A stretch of 64,000 nucleotides of DNA, from the NCBI RefSeq assembly GCF_030384885.1, contig NZ_CP128613.1, one strand, 5' to 3'. Of this stretch, positions 32,565 through 43,044 are shown piece after piece. The position numbers were made by a program, and so were the translations under genes. The stretch's first letter is position 1. Each line of letters begins with the position of its first letter. The notes under the pieces were generated by a model. That model saw only the letters and a list, made by a program, of their open reading frames with translations. It was not told where the DNA came from and did not search any database. The DNA comes from Escherichia coli (GTDB lineage: Bacteria > Pseudomonadota > Gammaproteobacteria > Enterobacterales > Enterobacteriaceae).

Positions 32565-33965
32565 ATGCCACATTCCTACGATTACGATGCCATAGTAATA
32601 GGTTCCGGCCCCGGCGGCGAAGGCGCTGCAATGGGCCTGGTTAAGCAAGGTGCGCGCGTCGCAGTTATCGAGCGTTATCAAAATGTTGGCGGCGGTTGCA
32701 CCCACTGGGGCACCATCCCGTCGAAAGCTCTCCGTCACGCCGTCAGCCGCATTATAGAATTTAATCAAAACCCACTTTACAGCGACCATTCCCGACTGCT
32801 CCGCTCTTCTTTTGCCGATATCCTTAACCATGCCGATAACGTGATTAATCAACAAACACGTATGCGTCAGGGATTTTACGAACGTAATCACTGTGAAATA
32901 TTGCAGGGGAACGCTCGCTTTGTTGACGAGCATACGTTGGCGCTGGATTGCCCGGACGGCAGCGTCGAAACACTAACCGCTGAAAAATTTGTTATTGCCT
33001 GTGGTTCTCGCCCTTATCATCCAACAGATGTTGATTTCACCCATCCACGCATTTACGACAGCGACTCAATTCTTAGCATGCACCACGAACCGCGCCATGT
33101 ACTTATCTATGGTGCTGGAGTGATCGGCTGTGAATATGCGTCGATCTTCCGCGGTATGGATGTAAAAGTAGATCTGATCAATACCCGCGATCGCCTGCTG
33201 GCATTTCTCGATCAAGAGATGTCAGATTCTCTCTCCTATCACTTCTGGAACAGTGGTGTAGTGATTCGTCACAACGAAGAGTACGAGAAAATCGAAGGCT
33301 GTGACGACGGTGTGATCATGCATCTGAAGTCGGGTAAAAAACTGAAAGCTGACTGTCTGCTCTATGCCAACGGTCGCACCGGTAATACCGATTCGCTAGC
33401 GTTACAGAACATTGGGCTGGAAACTGACAGCCGCGGACAACTTAAAGTCAACAGCATGTACCAGACCGCACAGCCGCACGTTTACGCGGTGGGCGACGTG
33501 ATTGGTTATCCGAGCCTGGCGTCGGCGGCCTATGACCAGGGGCGCATTGCCGCGCAGGCGCTGGTGAAAGGCGAAGCCACCGCACATCTGATTGAAGATA
33601 TCCCTACCGGTATTTACACCATCCCGGAAATCAGCTCTGTGGGCAAAACCGAACAGCAGCTGACCGCGATGAAAGTGCCATATGAAGTGGGCCGCGCCCA
33701 GTTCAAACATCTGGCACGCGCACAAATCGTCGGCATGAACGTGGGCACGCTGAAAATTTTGTTCCATCGGGAAACAAAAGAGATTCTGGGCATTCACTGC
33801 TTTGGCGAGCGCGCTGCCGAAATTATTCATATCGGTCAGGCGATTATGGAACAGAAAGGTGGCGGCAACACTATTGAGTACTTCGTCAACACCACCTTTA
33901 ACTACCCGACGATGGCGGAAGCCTATCGGGTAGCCGCGTTAAACGGTTTAAACCGCCTGTTTTAA
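32565..33965 (+). CDS. sthA: Soluble pyridine nucleotide transhydrogenase
   Basis: 466-aa flavoprotein [36 protein letters not shown]... with GxGxxG motif. Confidence 0.95.
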
Positions 33966-34865
33966 CACTTTATCGAAATGGCCATCCATTCTTGCGCGGA
34001 TGGCCTCTGCCAGCTGCTCATAGCGGCTGCGCAGCGGTGAGCCCGGACGATAAACCAGGCCAATAGTGCGGCGTGGTTCCGGCTTAATACACGGCAAATA
34101 AACAACCCCATCGCGTTTGCGCTCCGGCGGCACAGCCAGTGCAGGCAGTAAAGTGATCCCGCTACCTGCCGCCACCATGTTGCGCAGAGTTTCCAGGCTG
34201 GTCGCGCGGAAGTGTGTATCTTCATCCGCCCCGGCTTCAAAGCAGAAACCCATTGCCTGATCGCGCAAACAGTGACCATCTTCCAGCATCAGCAGTTTTT
34301 CCCCTGCCAGATCGGCCATTGGTACGCATTCGCGGTTCGCCCACGGGTGATCTTCATAGATAGCCAGCAACATTGGCTCATCAAACAACGGCACTTCAAT
34401 GAATGCTTCGCTCTCTTTCACCAACGCGAGGATCACGCAATCGAGTTTGCCACTGTCCAGTTGCGCCAGTAACTGGTGGGTCTGTGCTTCATGCAGATAC
34501 ATTTCCAGCTTTGGAAAGGTCTGGTGCAGCATCGGGATAATATGTGGTAGCAGGTACGGTCCGACCGTGGGAATCAAACCAATATGCAGCGGCCCGGACA
34601 TTGTCTCGCCCTGCTGGCTTGCCATCTCTTTAAGGACTTTCACCTCACGCAGCACGGTACGCGCCTGATCCACCAGCAGCATTCCCGCCTGGGTGAATAA
34701 CACTTTACGGCTGGTCCGCTCCAGCAACATCACGCCCAGCTCATCTTCCAGCTTACGAATTTGCCCGCTAAGCGTCGGCTGGCTAACGTGGCAGGAATCT
34801 GCCGCACGCCGAAAATGACGGTGTTCAGCCAATGCCACCAGGTACTCAAGATCACGAATATTCAT
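33948..34865 (-). CDS. oxyR: LysR-family peroxide-sensing transcriptional regulator
   Basis: 305-aa product starting [40 protein letters not shown]; 3' end overlaps the sthA 3' end by 18 nt (convergent). Confidence 0.95.
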   Translation of the reverse strand: MNIRDLEYLVALAEHRHFRRAADSCHVSQPTLSGQIRKLEDELGVMLLERTSRKVLFTQAGMLLVDQARTVLREVKVLKEMASQQGETMSGPLHIGLIPTVGPYLLPHIIPMLHQTFPKLEMYLHEAQTHQLLAQLDSGKLDCVILALVKESEAFIEVPLFDEPMLLAIYEDHPWANRECVPMADLAGEKLLMLEDGHCLRDQAMGFCFEAGADEDTHFRATSLETLRNMVAAGSGITLLPALAVPPERKRDGVVYLPCIKPEPRRTIGLVYRPGSPLRSRYEQLAEAIRARMDGHFDKVLKQAV

Positions 34866-34960
34866 TATCCATCCTCCATCGCCACGATAGTTCATGGCGA
34901 TAGGTAGAATAGCAATGAACGATTATCCCTATCAAGCATTCTGACTGATAATTGCTCACA

Positions 34961-35073
34961 GAAACGGAGCGGCACCTCTTTTAACCCTTGAAGTCACTGC
35001 CCGTTTCGAGAGTTTCTCAACTCGAATAACTAAAGCCAACGTGAACTTTTGCGGATCTCCAGGATCCGCTTTT
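34961..35073 (+). ncRNA. oxyS: OxyS small regulatory RNA
   Basis: Reads GAAACGGAGCGGCACCTCTTTTAACCCTTGAAGTCACTGCCCGTTTCGAGAGTTTCTCAACTCG...GCGGATCTCCAGGATCCGCTTTTTTTT, matching OxyS including its terminal hairpin and U-run; divergent from oxyR. The 3' end is approximate. Confidence 0.88.
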
Positions 35074-35116
35074 TTTTATTCTACAGGCCCACAGCAAGAG
35101 AGCCTGATAGTAACAG

Positions 35117-36400
35117 TTACTCAATCCGATCTTTGACAATAAAGAAGTAACACAGCGCCCCGGTGAACGTCACACAGGCCGCGATAACCAGCGCCAGATT
35201 AAACGAGTGCGTGGTATCCACTACCCAACCGGTTACGATCGGAGCAAAGGAAGCAAAAACAAAACTGCCAAAGTTTTGAATCCCGGCGATGGAAGCCACT
35301 TTTGTTTCTGACACCATCACCTGCACCAGTCCCCATGCAGATGTTCCCGCGAAATGCACGCAGAACAGCGCCATTGAGATAAACGCTACAGCCTGGGCTG
35401 GCGAGGAGGATTGCACTACCAGCAACGTGCCTAATGCCGACATCATCAAACCGCAGACAATAGCCGTTTTACGCGTCTTCGCCAGGTCGTAGCCTTTTTT
35501 CGCCAGCCGATCGACAACAATACCGTTAACCCACATCCCGACCGCCGCCGCGAGGAAAGGAATCGCCGCCACCCAACCGGTTTTCGCCAGACTGAAGCCT
35601 TGCTCGGCTTGTAAATAACCGGGTAACCACGCGATGTAGAGCCAACCGGTATAATTGACGCCAGAGAAACCTAAAATCATCCCCCAGGTTGTCCGATGCT
35701 TAAACAGCGCCAGCCACTCGCTAAATTGTAATTGTGGACGCGGTTTAACCGGCGCGGAGAGATAGGTCCGTTCTTCGTCGGTCAGGACAAACTGCGCCCG
35801 GTTGCGATACCACGCGTACCAACAGATCCCAACCAGAATCCCCGCCACGCCGATGATGACGAACATTGCCCGCCAGCCCCATGCCAGCTGCATCAATACA
35901 AGAGCAGGAGGCGCAATAGCCTGACCGATAACGGTAGATGAGTTAAAAATCCCCAGCGCCGTGCCGCGTTCTTTTTGCGCATACCAGTCGGTGATCGACT
36001 TTACTCCCGCAGGCATAAATGGCGCTTCGCCAATACCCAGACCGATACGCATTAAAATAAAGTGGCTAAAAGAATTAACCATTCCTGTTAATGCCTGCAT
36101 TAATGACCAGAATATTAAGCCTGCGCCTAAAACTATTCGTGGGCCAAAGCGGTCTAGCAAAATACCGGAAGGGAGTTGTGAAAAACCATAAGACAGAGAA
36201 AATGCAGAAAGCAAAACGCCAAATTCTGTCGCCGATAATCCTAACTCGCCACGAATCGCTTCGCCTGCCACGCTCAATGACGAACGGTCGAGGAAATTAA
36301 CGATCCCCGCCATAAATAATAAAACCAGCGTTACTGTCTGAATACGACGAATCCGTTGCGGTTTATTACCCGCAACACTGGTTGACACATCAACGTCCAT
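35117..36400 (-). CDS. MFS transporter, anion:cation symporter (ACS) family, sugar-acid (hexuronate/aldonate) type
   Basis: 427-aa polytopic membrane protein with N-terminal ...LLFMAGIVNFLDRSSLSVAG... typical of DgoT/ExuT/GudP-like transporters; 66 nt downstream of the dehydratase gene on the same strand. Not present at this position in K-12 as I recall it. Confidence 0.8.
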   Translation of the reverse strand: MDVDVSTSVAGNKPQRIRRIQTVTLVLLFMAGIVNFLDRSSLSVAGEAIRGELGLSATEFGVLLSAFSLSYGFSQLPSGILLDRFGPRIVLGAGLIFWSLMQALTGMVNSFSHFILMRIGLGIGEAPFMPAGVKSITDWYAQKERGTALGIFNSSTVIGQAIAPPALVLMQLAWGWRAMFVIIGVAGILVGICWYAWYRNRAQFVLTDEERTYLSAPVKPRPQLQFSEWLALFKHRTTWGMILGFSGVNYTGWLYIAWLPGYLQAEQGFSLAKTGWVAAIPFLAAAVGMWVNGIVVDRLAKKGYDLAKTRKTAIVCGLMMSALGTLLVVQSSSPAQAVAFISMALFCVHFAGTSAWGLVQVMVSETKVASIAGIQNFGSFVFASFAPIVTGWVVDTTHSFNLALVIAACVTFTGALCYFFIVKDRIE

Positions 36401-36466
36401 TTTTAGCTCCTTGAGCGGAATTAATCGATTTGCTGACTATTCAGAAAATAATTAAGCGAACCGTTA

Positions 36467-37681
36467 TTACCAGTTCCACAATGTGCCATCTTCCAGTCGT
36501 GCGACGGGGAGATACGCCGGGTCATACGGATATTTCGCCGCCAGTTTCTCATCGAAAGAAATACCCAGCCCCGGTTCATCGCCTGGGTGCATATAACCTT
36601 CATCGAAGCGCCAGCTGTGCGGGAAGACTTCAAGCATTTGTTCGGAATAGCCCATGTACTCCTGAACACCAAAGTTTGGCACCCAGAGGTCAAAATGCAG
36701 CGCCGCCGCATGACAAACAGGCGATAAATCTGAAGGGCCATGCGAACCGGTACGTACCTGATAAAGCGATGCAAAATCGGCAATCCGTCGCATCCCGGTA
36801 ATGCCGCCTGCATGGGTAATCGTCGTGCGAATATAGTCAATCAGCTGCTCTTCGATTAACTGCTTGCAGTCCCAGATACTGTTAAACACTTCACCGACCG
36901 CAATCGGCGTCACAGTATGCTGGCGAATCAGACGAAAACATTCCTGGTTCTCGGCAGGCGTCGGATCTTCCATCCAGAACAGGCGGTAATCCTCTATGCT
37001 CTTCCCAAAGCGTGCCGCTTCGATAGGAGTCAGGCGATGGTGCATGTCATGCAACAGATGTTCGTTAAAACCGAACTTATTACGCACCGCTTCAAATAAC
37101 TTCGGTGTAAAATCGAGATACTTTTCTGAAGACCACAAATGCTCTTCCGGCCACAGGCCTTTGGTTGCCGGTTCATACGCCAGTCCTTTGCCCTTCGCCA
37201 GGCCATAAGTGGTTTGCATACCCGGTACACCGCACTGCACACGAATCGCCTTAAAGCCCATCTGCTGGTGCTTTGCATAGTCTTCAAGGACTTCATCAAT
37301 CGTGCGCCCGGTGGTGTGGCAATAAACCATCACGCCTTCACGAGAAGCCCCACCAAGCAGTTGATACAATGGCATATTTGCCGCTTTGGCTTTGATATCC
37401 CACAACGCCATATCAATGGCAGAAATGGCCGACATCGTGACGGGGCCACGTCGCCAGTAAGCACCTTTATAAAAGAATTGCCAGATATCTTCAATACGGC
37501 TGGCATCGCGGCCAATTAATTGTGGACAAAGATGATCTTTCAGATAAGAAGCGACCGACAATTCGCGACCATTTAATGTGGCATCTCCCAATCCACAAAG
37601 TCCGCTTGCAGTGGTTATTTTAAGCGTAACGAAATTACGTCCTGGGCAAGTAACAAAAACATCTGCAGCAATAATTTTCAT
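36467..37681 (-). CDS. Enolase-superfamily dehydratase, RspA / D-mannonate dehydratase (ManD)-like
   Basis: 404-aa product from [43 protein letters not shown]..., recognised as a close relative of starvation-sensing protein RspA; AGGAG Shine-Dalgarno 8 nt before the ATG at 37681. The ORF-track extension to 37741 is rejected. Confidence 0.82.
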   Translation of the reverse strand: MKIIAADVFVTCPGRNFVTLKITTASGLCGLGDATLNGRELSVASYLKDHLCPQLIGRDASRIEDIWQFFYKGAYWRRGPVTMSAISAIDMALWDIKAKAANMPLYQLLGGASREGVMVYCHTTGRTIDEVLEDYAKHQQMGFKAIRVQCGVPGMQTTYGLAKGKGLAYEPATKGLWPEEHLWSSEKYLDFTPKLFEAVRNKFGFNEHLLHDMHHRLTPIEAARFGKSIEDYRLFWMEDPTPAENQECFRLIRQHTVTPIAVGEVFNSIWDCKQLIEEQLIDYIRTTITHAGGITGMRRIADFASLYQVRTGSHGPSDLSPVCHAAALHFDLWVPNFGVQEYMGYSEQMLEVFPHSWRFDEGYMHPGDEPGLGISFDEKLAAKYPYDPAYLPVARLEDGTLWNW

Positions 37682-38165
37682 TATTGCAATCTCCTGTGTT
37701 GTAAATAGACGCTTCAAACTTAATTTTACGCCTACTACCATACAAGAGAGAAAGAGCGATTATTCAACCGTGATCACATTAAAAATAAAAATTTCCGCCG
37801 AGGAGCCCCCCCCCCTCAAAAACCACCTGAATAATTAACCATCATCGTTAAAACAACACGTTAAATAATCACATAACAAACTCCATTAATCATTAAAAAT
37901 GAGCGCAGCAATAGAAATGAATTATATTCAATTAATTAAAATATGTATTGATTGATGTATTGAAAATATGATTTTCATGGGGAGAGTGAAGGTAAAGAAG
38001 ACGCAAGAATAAAAAGGAATATGACAAATAATAGTTCTGGTTGGGCGTTAAATTTAAGGTCACCAGAATGCTGACAAATTTCTGCCTGAGGCAGTCCGCC
38101 TACGTAGTGTCGCTACTTTATAGGCGTGGTAAGCTCCCCATTTTCAGGGGAGCAATATAAACCAA

Positions 38166-39539
38166 TTACCCCAACCGCGCCTGCGCAAAAGCAATCGCCT
38201 GCGCCACCTGCTGCGGTGAGACGCCGCCTTTTGCCGCACGCTTGTCGAGGCACGATTGCAGCGACAGAATCGGATAGACATCTTCGCCAATCACCTGACT
38301 GAATTTCTGCAACTCACTGAGCGGCAGTTCTTCCAGCGGTTTGCCCTGACGAATGGCTTCCACCACCGCTTCACCCACAATATGATGCGCCTCGCGGAAA
38401 GGTACGCCTTTCGCCACCAGGTAATCCGCCAGTTCAGTGGCGTTGGCGTAACCCTGCTGAGCCGCTTCCTGGCAACGCGGACGTTTCACCTGAATCCCGT
38501 CCAGCACCAGCGCCGCCATATGCAGGCAGTCCAGCCAGGTATCGAGCGCGTCGAACAGACCTTCTTTATCTTCCTGCATATCTTTGTTATAGGCCAGCGG
38601 CAGACCTTTCAGCGTCATCATCATGCCGGTCAACGCGCCCTGAACACGACCGCATTTACCCCGAATCAGCTCCAGCGCATCCGGGTTTTTCTTCTGCGGC
38701 ATTAATGATGAACCGGAAGTAACACGATCAGAAAGCTCCACAAAACCCGCTTCGCCGGTGTTAAAGAAAATCAGATCTTCGGCAAAACGCGACAAATGCA
38801 CCATACCGATAGCGGCGGCAGAAAGCAGTTCCAGCACGTGGTCGCGGTCAGAAACGCTGTCGAGACTGTTACGGGTCGCCGAGGCAAAGCCCAGCCAGCC
38901 TGCTAACTGTTCACGGTCGATTTCATAGGCCGTTCCCGCCAGTGCGCCACAGCCTAACGGGCTGACATCCAGACGCTTAAGCGCATCCTGCAAACGGCTT
39001 TCATCACGCGCCAGCATCTCAACATAGGCCAGGCACCAGTGCGCAAACGTCACCGGCTGGGCGCGTTGCAGGTGAGTGTAACCAGGCATTACCGCGTCCT
39101 GATTATTCTGCGCGGTCTCGACCAGAGCGGATTGTAACTGTCGGTTAGCCGTCAGCAACTCGCTAACGGTATCCTTGCACCACAGTTTCAGGTCAGTCGC
39201 TACCTGATCATTACGGCTACGCCCGGTATGCAATTTTTTGCCTAACTGGCCCACTTTGTCGATCAGTTTGCCTTCCACCCAGCTATGGATATCTTCGGCG
39301 TCGCTTTCAAGAATTTGTTGTGGCCTGGCGCGAACATCTTCCAGCAGCACATTGAGCGCCTCTTCCAGTTGCACCTGTTCTTCTGCGGTTAACACGCCTA
39401 CCGTTACCAGCGCTTTGGACCAGGCCACAGAGCCAACAATATCCTGCTCCGCCAGACGGTAATCAAAGCGCAGTGAGTCGTTGAATTGTTTAAACCGTTG
39501 ATCTGCTGCCTGGGTAAAACGCCCGCCCCAAAGTGCCAT
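38166..39539 (-). CDS. argH: Argininosuccinate lyase
   Basis: 457-aa product [42 protein letters not shown]... Confidence 0.96.
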   Translation of the reverse strand: MALWGGRFTQAADQRFKQFNDSLRFDYRLAEQDIVGSVAWSKALVTVGVLTAEEQVQLEEALNVLLEDVRARPQQILESDAEDIHSWVEGKLIDKVGQLGKKLHTGRSRNDQVATDLKLWCKDTVSELLTANRQLQSALVETAQNNQDAVMPGYTHLQRAQPVTFAHWCLAYVEMLARDESRLQDALKRLDVSPLGCGALAGTAYEIDREQLAGWLGFASATRNSLDSVSDRDHVLELLSAAAIGMVHLSRFAEDLIFFNTGEAGFVELSDRVTSGSSLMPQKKNPDALELIRGKCGRVQGALTGMMMTLKGLPLAYNKDMQEDKEGLFDALDTWLDCLHMAALVLDGIQVKRPRCQEAAQQGYANATELADYLVAKGVPFREAHHIVGEAVVEAIRQGKPLEELPLSELQKFSQVIGEDVYPILSLQSCLDKRAAKGGVSPQQVAQAIAFAQARLG

Positions 39540-39599
39540 AACTCTGTTTCCTTATTTTGAAATTCAATGCCAGAAAGCTACGTCTCCGGCCAACAAAAC

Positions 39600-40376
39600 T
39601 TAAGCTAAAATCCGCGTACCCATCGGCATACCGTTAAACAGTGCCGGAAGCTGTTCCGCATGACGCCAGGAGGCAATATCTACCGGGCGACCCAGCGTGC
39701 GCGCAGCGTCCAGCGCCGCGTTCACTTTCACTATCATGCCGTCAGTAATAATGCCCTGCTCAATCAGTTGTTCTGCTTTCGCTGCGGTCATTTCGGCAAT
39801 ACGTTGCCCTTTGCCGTCGAGAATACCGCTGACATCAGAGAGCAAAATCAGATCCGCGCCCAGCGTTGCCGCCAGCGCCGTCGCCGCCTGGTCAGCATTG
39901 ACGTTCATCAGTTGCCCTTCGTCCGTTACGCCAATGGAGCTGACCACTGGTAGATAACCGTTTTCCAGCAACGTGTTGATAAGCTTAGGCGAACCTGGCT
40001 GCGCCAGTCCAACATGGCCTAACTCTTCATCGAGCTGGGTCACTTTTACGCTGTCGCCGTCACCGAGAAACAAACCTACGGCTGCAATCTGATGTTTCTT
40101 CGCCCATGCCAGCAGGGTTTTATTTGCCGTTCCCGCCAGCGCTCCGGTGATAATGTCTATCTGATCCGCAGGCGTCACCCGCAGGCCGTTTTTCTTTTTC
40201 ACCGGCAGATTCAGTCCTTTCATCAGCTCATCCACCACGCAGCCGCCGCCGTGGACAATCACCAGCGGACGCTGATGTGACTCGCGATAATTCACCAGGG
40301 CGCTAAACAGACGTTCCAGCGCCTCTTCACTATCCAGCAGTACGCCGCCCAGTTTGATAATTAATGGATTCATCAT
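39600..40376 (-). CDS. argB: Acetylglutamate kinase
   Basis: 258-aa product from [24 protein letters not shown]...; the 11-codon upstream extension is rejected. Confidence 0.92.
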   Translation of the reverse strand: MMNPLIIKLGGVLLDSEEALERLFSALVNYRESHQRPLVIVHGGGCVVDELMKGLNLPVKKKNGLRVTPADQIDIITGALAGTANKTLLAWAKKHQIAAVGLFLGDGDSVKVTQLDEELGHVGLAQPGSPKLINTLLENGYLPVVSSIGVTDEGQLMNVNADQAATALAATLGADLILLSDVSGILDGKGQRIAEMTAAKAEQLIEQGIITDGMIVKVNAALDAARTLGRPVDIASWRHAEQLPALFNGMPMGTRILA

Positions 40377-40383
40377 TGCACCC

Positions 40384-41388
40384 CTAAATAAGAGACTGCG
40401 TTTCCGCATAGCCGAAACGAATATTGGCGCACTGTACCGCTTGTGCTGCCGCGCCTTTCAATAAGTTGTCTTCGGTCGCCACAATAATCAGATGTTCCCC
40501 CTGAACGGCAAAACCGATATCGCAGAACGGCAGCCCGACGACATTTTTCAGCGCCGGAACGCCTTTGTCATACAACCGTACCAGCGGTTTATGGGCATAC
40601 GCCTGCTGTAACGCTTGCGCGACTTGCGCCTGGTTCACGCCAGGCTTCAGGCGGCAGGTAATGGTTTCGAGAATGCCGCGCGGGAAATTGCCCAGATGCG
40701 GGGTAAAAATAACGTCAGCACCGAGATGCGTGGCGATCTCCGGCTGGTGGCGATGGGTAAAGACACCATACGGTTGCAGGCTAACTTCACAAAAACTATT
40801 TGAAATCGCTGCCTTACGTCCTGCTCCGCTCACACCACTGGTGGCGTTGATAACCGGCCACTGATTGAGGTCAAGAAGATCGGCATCAATCAACGGTTTC
40901 AGCGCCAATTGCGCCGCCGTCGGATAACAGCCAGGCACCGCAATTAAGTTCGCTTCTTTTAATTTATGACCGCACCACTCCGCCAGACCGTAAGCTGCCT
41001 GTTCCAACAGTTCCGGGTATTGATGGCTAAAGCCGTAATATTTTTCATAGAAGGTGGCGTCGTTAACACGAAACGCGCCGGAAAGGTCGAACACCACACA
41101 GCCCGCTTCAAGAAATTGTGGCGCTAAATCGTGACTAACTTCATGGGCAGTAGCAAGAAACACCACGTCCACCCCTGGGCTAAACTCACTGATATCCGAC
41201 ATCGGCTGCAACGGCAGATCAACGATGCCTTTTAGCTGCGGATGCAAATCGGAGATTAACTTTCCCGCATCATTGCTTTGCGCTGAAACAGTCAAAGCGG
41301 TTATGTTCATATGCGGATGGCGATTTACATAGGTCACTAGCTCTGCGCCAGCGTAACCGCTGGCACCCACAATCAGCGTATTCAACAT
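40384..41388 (-). CDS. argC: N-acetyl-gamma-glutamyl-phosphate reductase
   Basis: 334-aa product [43 protein letters not shown]... Confidence 0.95.
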   Translation of the reverse strand: MLNTLIVGASGYAGAELVTYVNRHPHMNITALTVSAQSNDAGKLISDLHPQLKGIVDLPLQPMSDISEFSPGVDVVFLATAHEVSHDLAPQFLEAGCVVFDLSGAFRVNDATFYEKYYGFSHQYPELLEQAAYGLAEWCGHKLKEANLIAVPGCYPTAAQLALKPLIDADLLDLNQWPVINATSGVSGAGRKAAISNSFCEVSLQPYGVFTHRHQPEIATHLGADVIFTPHLGNFPRGILETITCRLKPGVNQAQVAQALQQAYAHKPLVRLYDKGVPALKNVVGLPFCDIGFAVQGEHLIIVATEDNLLKGAAAQAVQCANIRFGYAETQSLI

Positions 41389-41541
41389 CGGGGCTATTCA
41401 CCTTCTTATGTCTGGTTGCCTGGTTAAACGTAAAACATTCACCTTACGGCTGGTGGGTTTTATTACGCTCAACGTTAGTGTATTTTTATTCACAAATACT
41501 GCATGAATATTGATACTATCATGACCAGAGGTGTGTCAACA
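41389..41541. promoter_or_regulatory. Divergent argE / argCBH control region with ArgR operator (ARG boxes)
   Basis: A/T-rich spacer between divergent argC and argE containing ...tttttattcacaaatactgcatgaatattgatactatcatga..., with TGAAT/ATTCA-type ARG-box repeats; assignment follows the known argECBH bipolar operon. Confidence 0.6.
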
Positions 41542-42693
41542 ATGAAAAACAAATTACCGCCATTTATCGAGATTTACCGTGCTCTGATTGCCACACCTTC
41601 AATAAGCGCCACGGAAGAGGCACTCGATCAAAGCAATGCAGATTTAATCACTCTGCTGGCGGACTGGTTTAAAGATTTGGGCTTCAATGTGGAAGTGCAG
41701 CCCGTGCCGGGAACTCGCAACAAATTTAATATGCTGGCAAGTACCGGACAGGGAGCTGGCGGTTTGCTGCTGGCGGGGCATACCGATACGGTGCCATTTG
41801 ATGACGGCCGCTGGACGCGCGATCCGTTTACGCTGACGGAGCATGACGGCAAGCTTTACGGCTTAGGCACCGCCGACATGAAAGGCTTTTTTGCGTTTAT
41901 CCTCGATGCACTACGCGATGTCGACGTCACGAAACTGAAAAAACCGCTCTACATTCTGGCGACTGCCGATGAAGAGACCAGTATGGCAGGAGCGCGTTAT
42001 TTTGCCGAAACTACCGCCCTGCGCCCGGATTGCGCCATCATTGGCGAACCGACGTCGCTGCAACCGGTACGCGCGCATAAAGGCCATATCTCGAACGCCA
42101 TCCGTATTCAGGGCCAGTCGGGGCACTCCAGCGATCCAGCACGCGGAGTTAACGCGATCGAATTGATGCACGACGCCATCGGGCATATTTTGCAATTGCG
42201 CGATAATCTGAAAGAACGTTATCACTACGAAGCATTTACCGTGCCATACCCTACGCTCAACCTCGGGCATATTCACGGTGGCGATGCATCTAACCGTATT
42301 TGCGCTTGCTGTGAGTTGCATATGGATATTCGTCCGTTGCCAGGCATGACACTCAATGAACTTAATGGTTTGCTCAACGATGCATTGGCTCCGGTGAGCG
42401 AACGCTGGCCGGGTCGTCTGACGGTCGACGAGCTGCATCCACCGATCCCTGGCTATGAATGCCCACCGAATCATCAACTGGTTGAAGTGGTTGAGAAATT
42501 GCTCGGAGCAAAGACCGAAGTAGTGAACTACTGTACCGAAGCGCCGTTTATTCAGACGTTATGCCCGACGCTGGTGCTGGGACCTGGCTCAATTAATCAG
42601 GCTCATCAGCCTGATGAATACCTGGAGACACGGTTTATCAAGCCCACCCGCGAACTGATCACCCAGGTGATTCACCATTTCTGCTGGCATTAA
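41542..42693 (+). CDS. argE: Acetylornithine deacetylase
   Basis: 383-aa product from [43 protein letters not shown]...; the upstream ATG at 41503 is rejected. Confidence 0.92.
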   Translation: MKNKLPPFIEIYRALIATPSISATEEALDQSNADLITLLADWFKDLGFNVEVQPVPGTRNKFNMLASTGQGAGGLLLAGHTDTVPFDDGRWTRDPFTLTEHDGKLYGLGTADMKGFFAFILDALRDVDVTKLKKPLYILATADEETSMAGARYFAETTALRPDCAIIGEPTSLQPVRAHKGHISNAIRIQGQSGHSSDPARGVNAIELMHDAIGHILQLRDNLKERYHYEAFTVPYPTLNLGHIHGGDASNRICACCELHMDIRPLPGMTLNELNGLLNDALAPVSERWPGRLTVDELHPPIPGYECPPNHQLVEVVEKLLGAKTEVVNYCTEAPFIQTLCPTLVLGPGSINQAHQPDEYLETRFIKPTRELITQVIHHFCWH

Positions 42694-42696
42694 AAC

Positions 42697-42800
42697 GTAG
42701 TCCGGATAAGGCGCTCGCGCCGCATCCGGCACTGTTGCCAAACTCCAGCACCGCAATAATGTCGGATGCGATGCTTGCGCATCTTATCCGACCTACACCT
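42697..42800. repeat. REP/BIME repetitive extragenic palindromes between argE and ppc
   Basis: Two canonical REP units (gtagtccggataaggcgctcgcgccgcatccggcact and tgtcggatgcgatgcttgcgcatcttatccgacctac). Confidence 0.65.
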
Positions 42801-43044
42801 TTGGTGTTACTCAAGGCGATTTTTTAACATTTCCATAAGTTACGCTTATTTAAAGCGTCGTGAATTTAATGGCGTAAATTCCTGCTATTTATTCGTTTGC
42901 TGAAGCGATTTCGCAGCATTTGACGTCATCGCTTTTACGTGGCTTTATAAAAGACGACGAAAAGCAAAGCCCGAGCATATTCGCGCCAATGCGACGTGAA
43001 GGATACAGGGCTATCAAACGATAAGATGGGGTGTCTGGGGTAAT

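Noticed and set aside
36421-36840. 139-aa minus-strand ORF overlapping the 3' end of the dehydratase gene in another frame
   Set aside because: Alternative frame of a well-supported gene; no independent start context.
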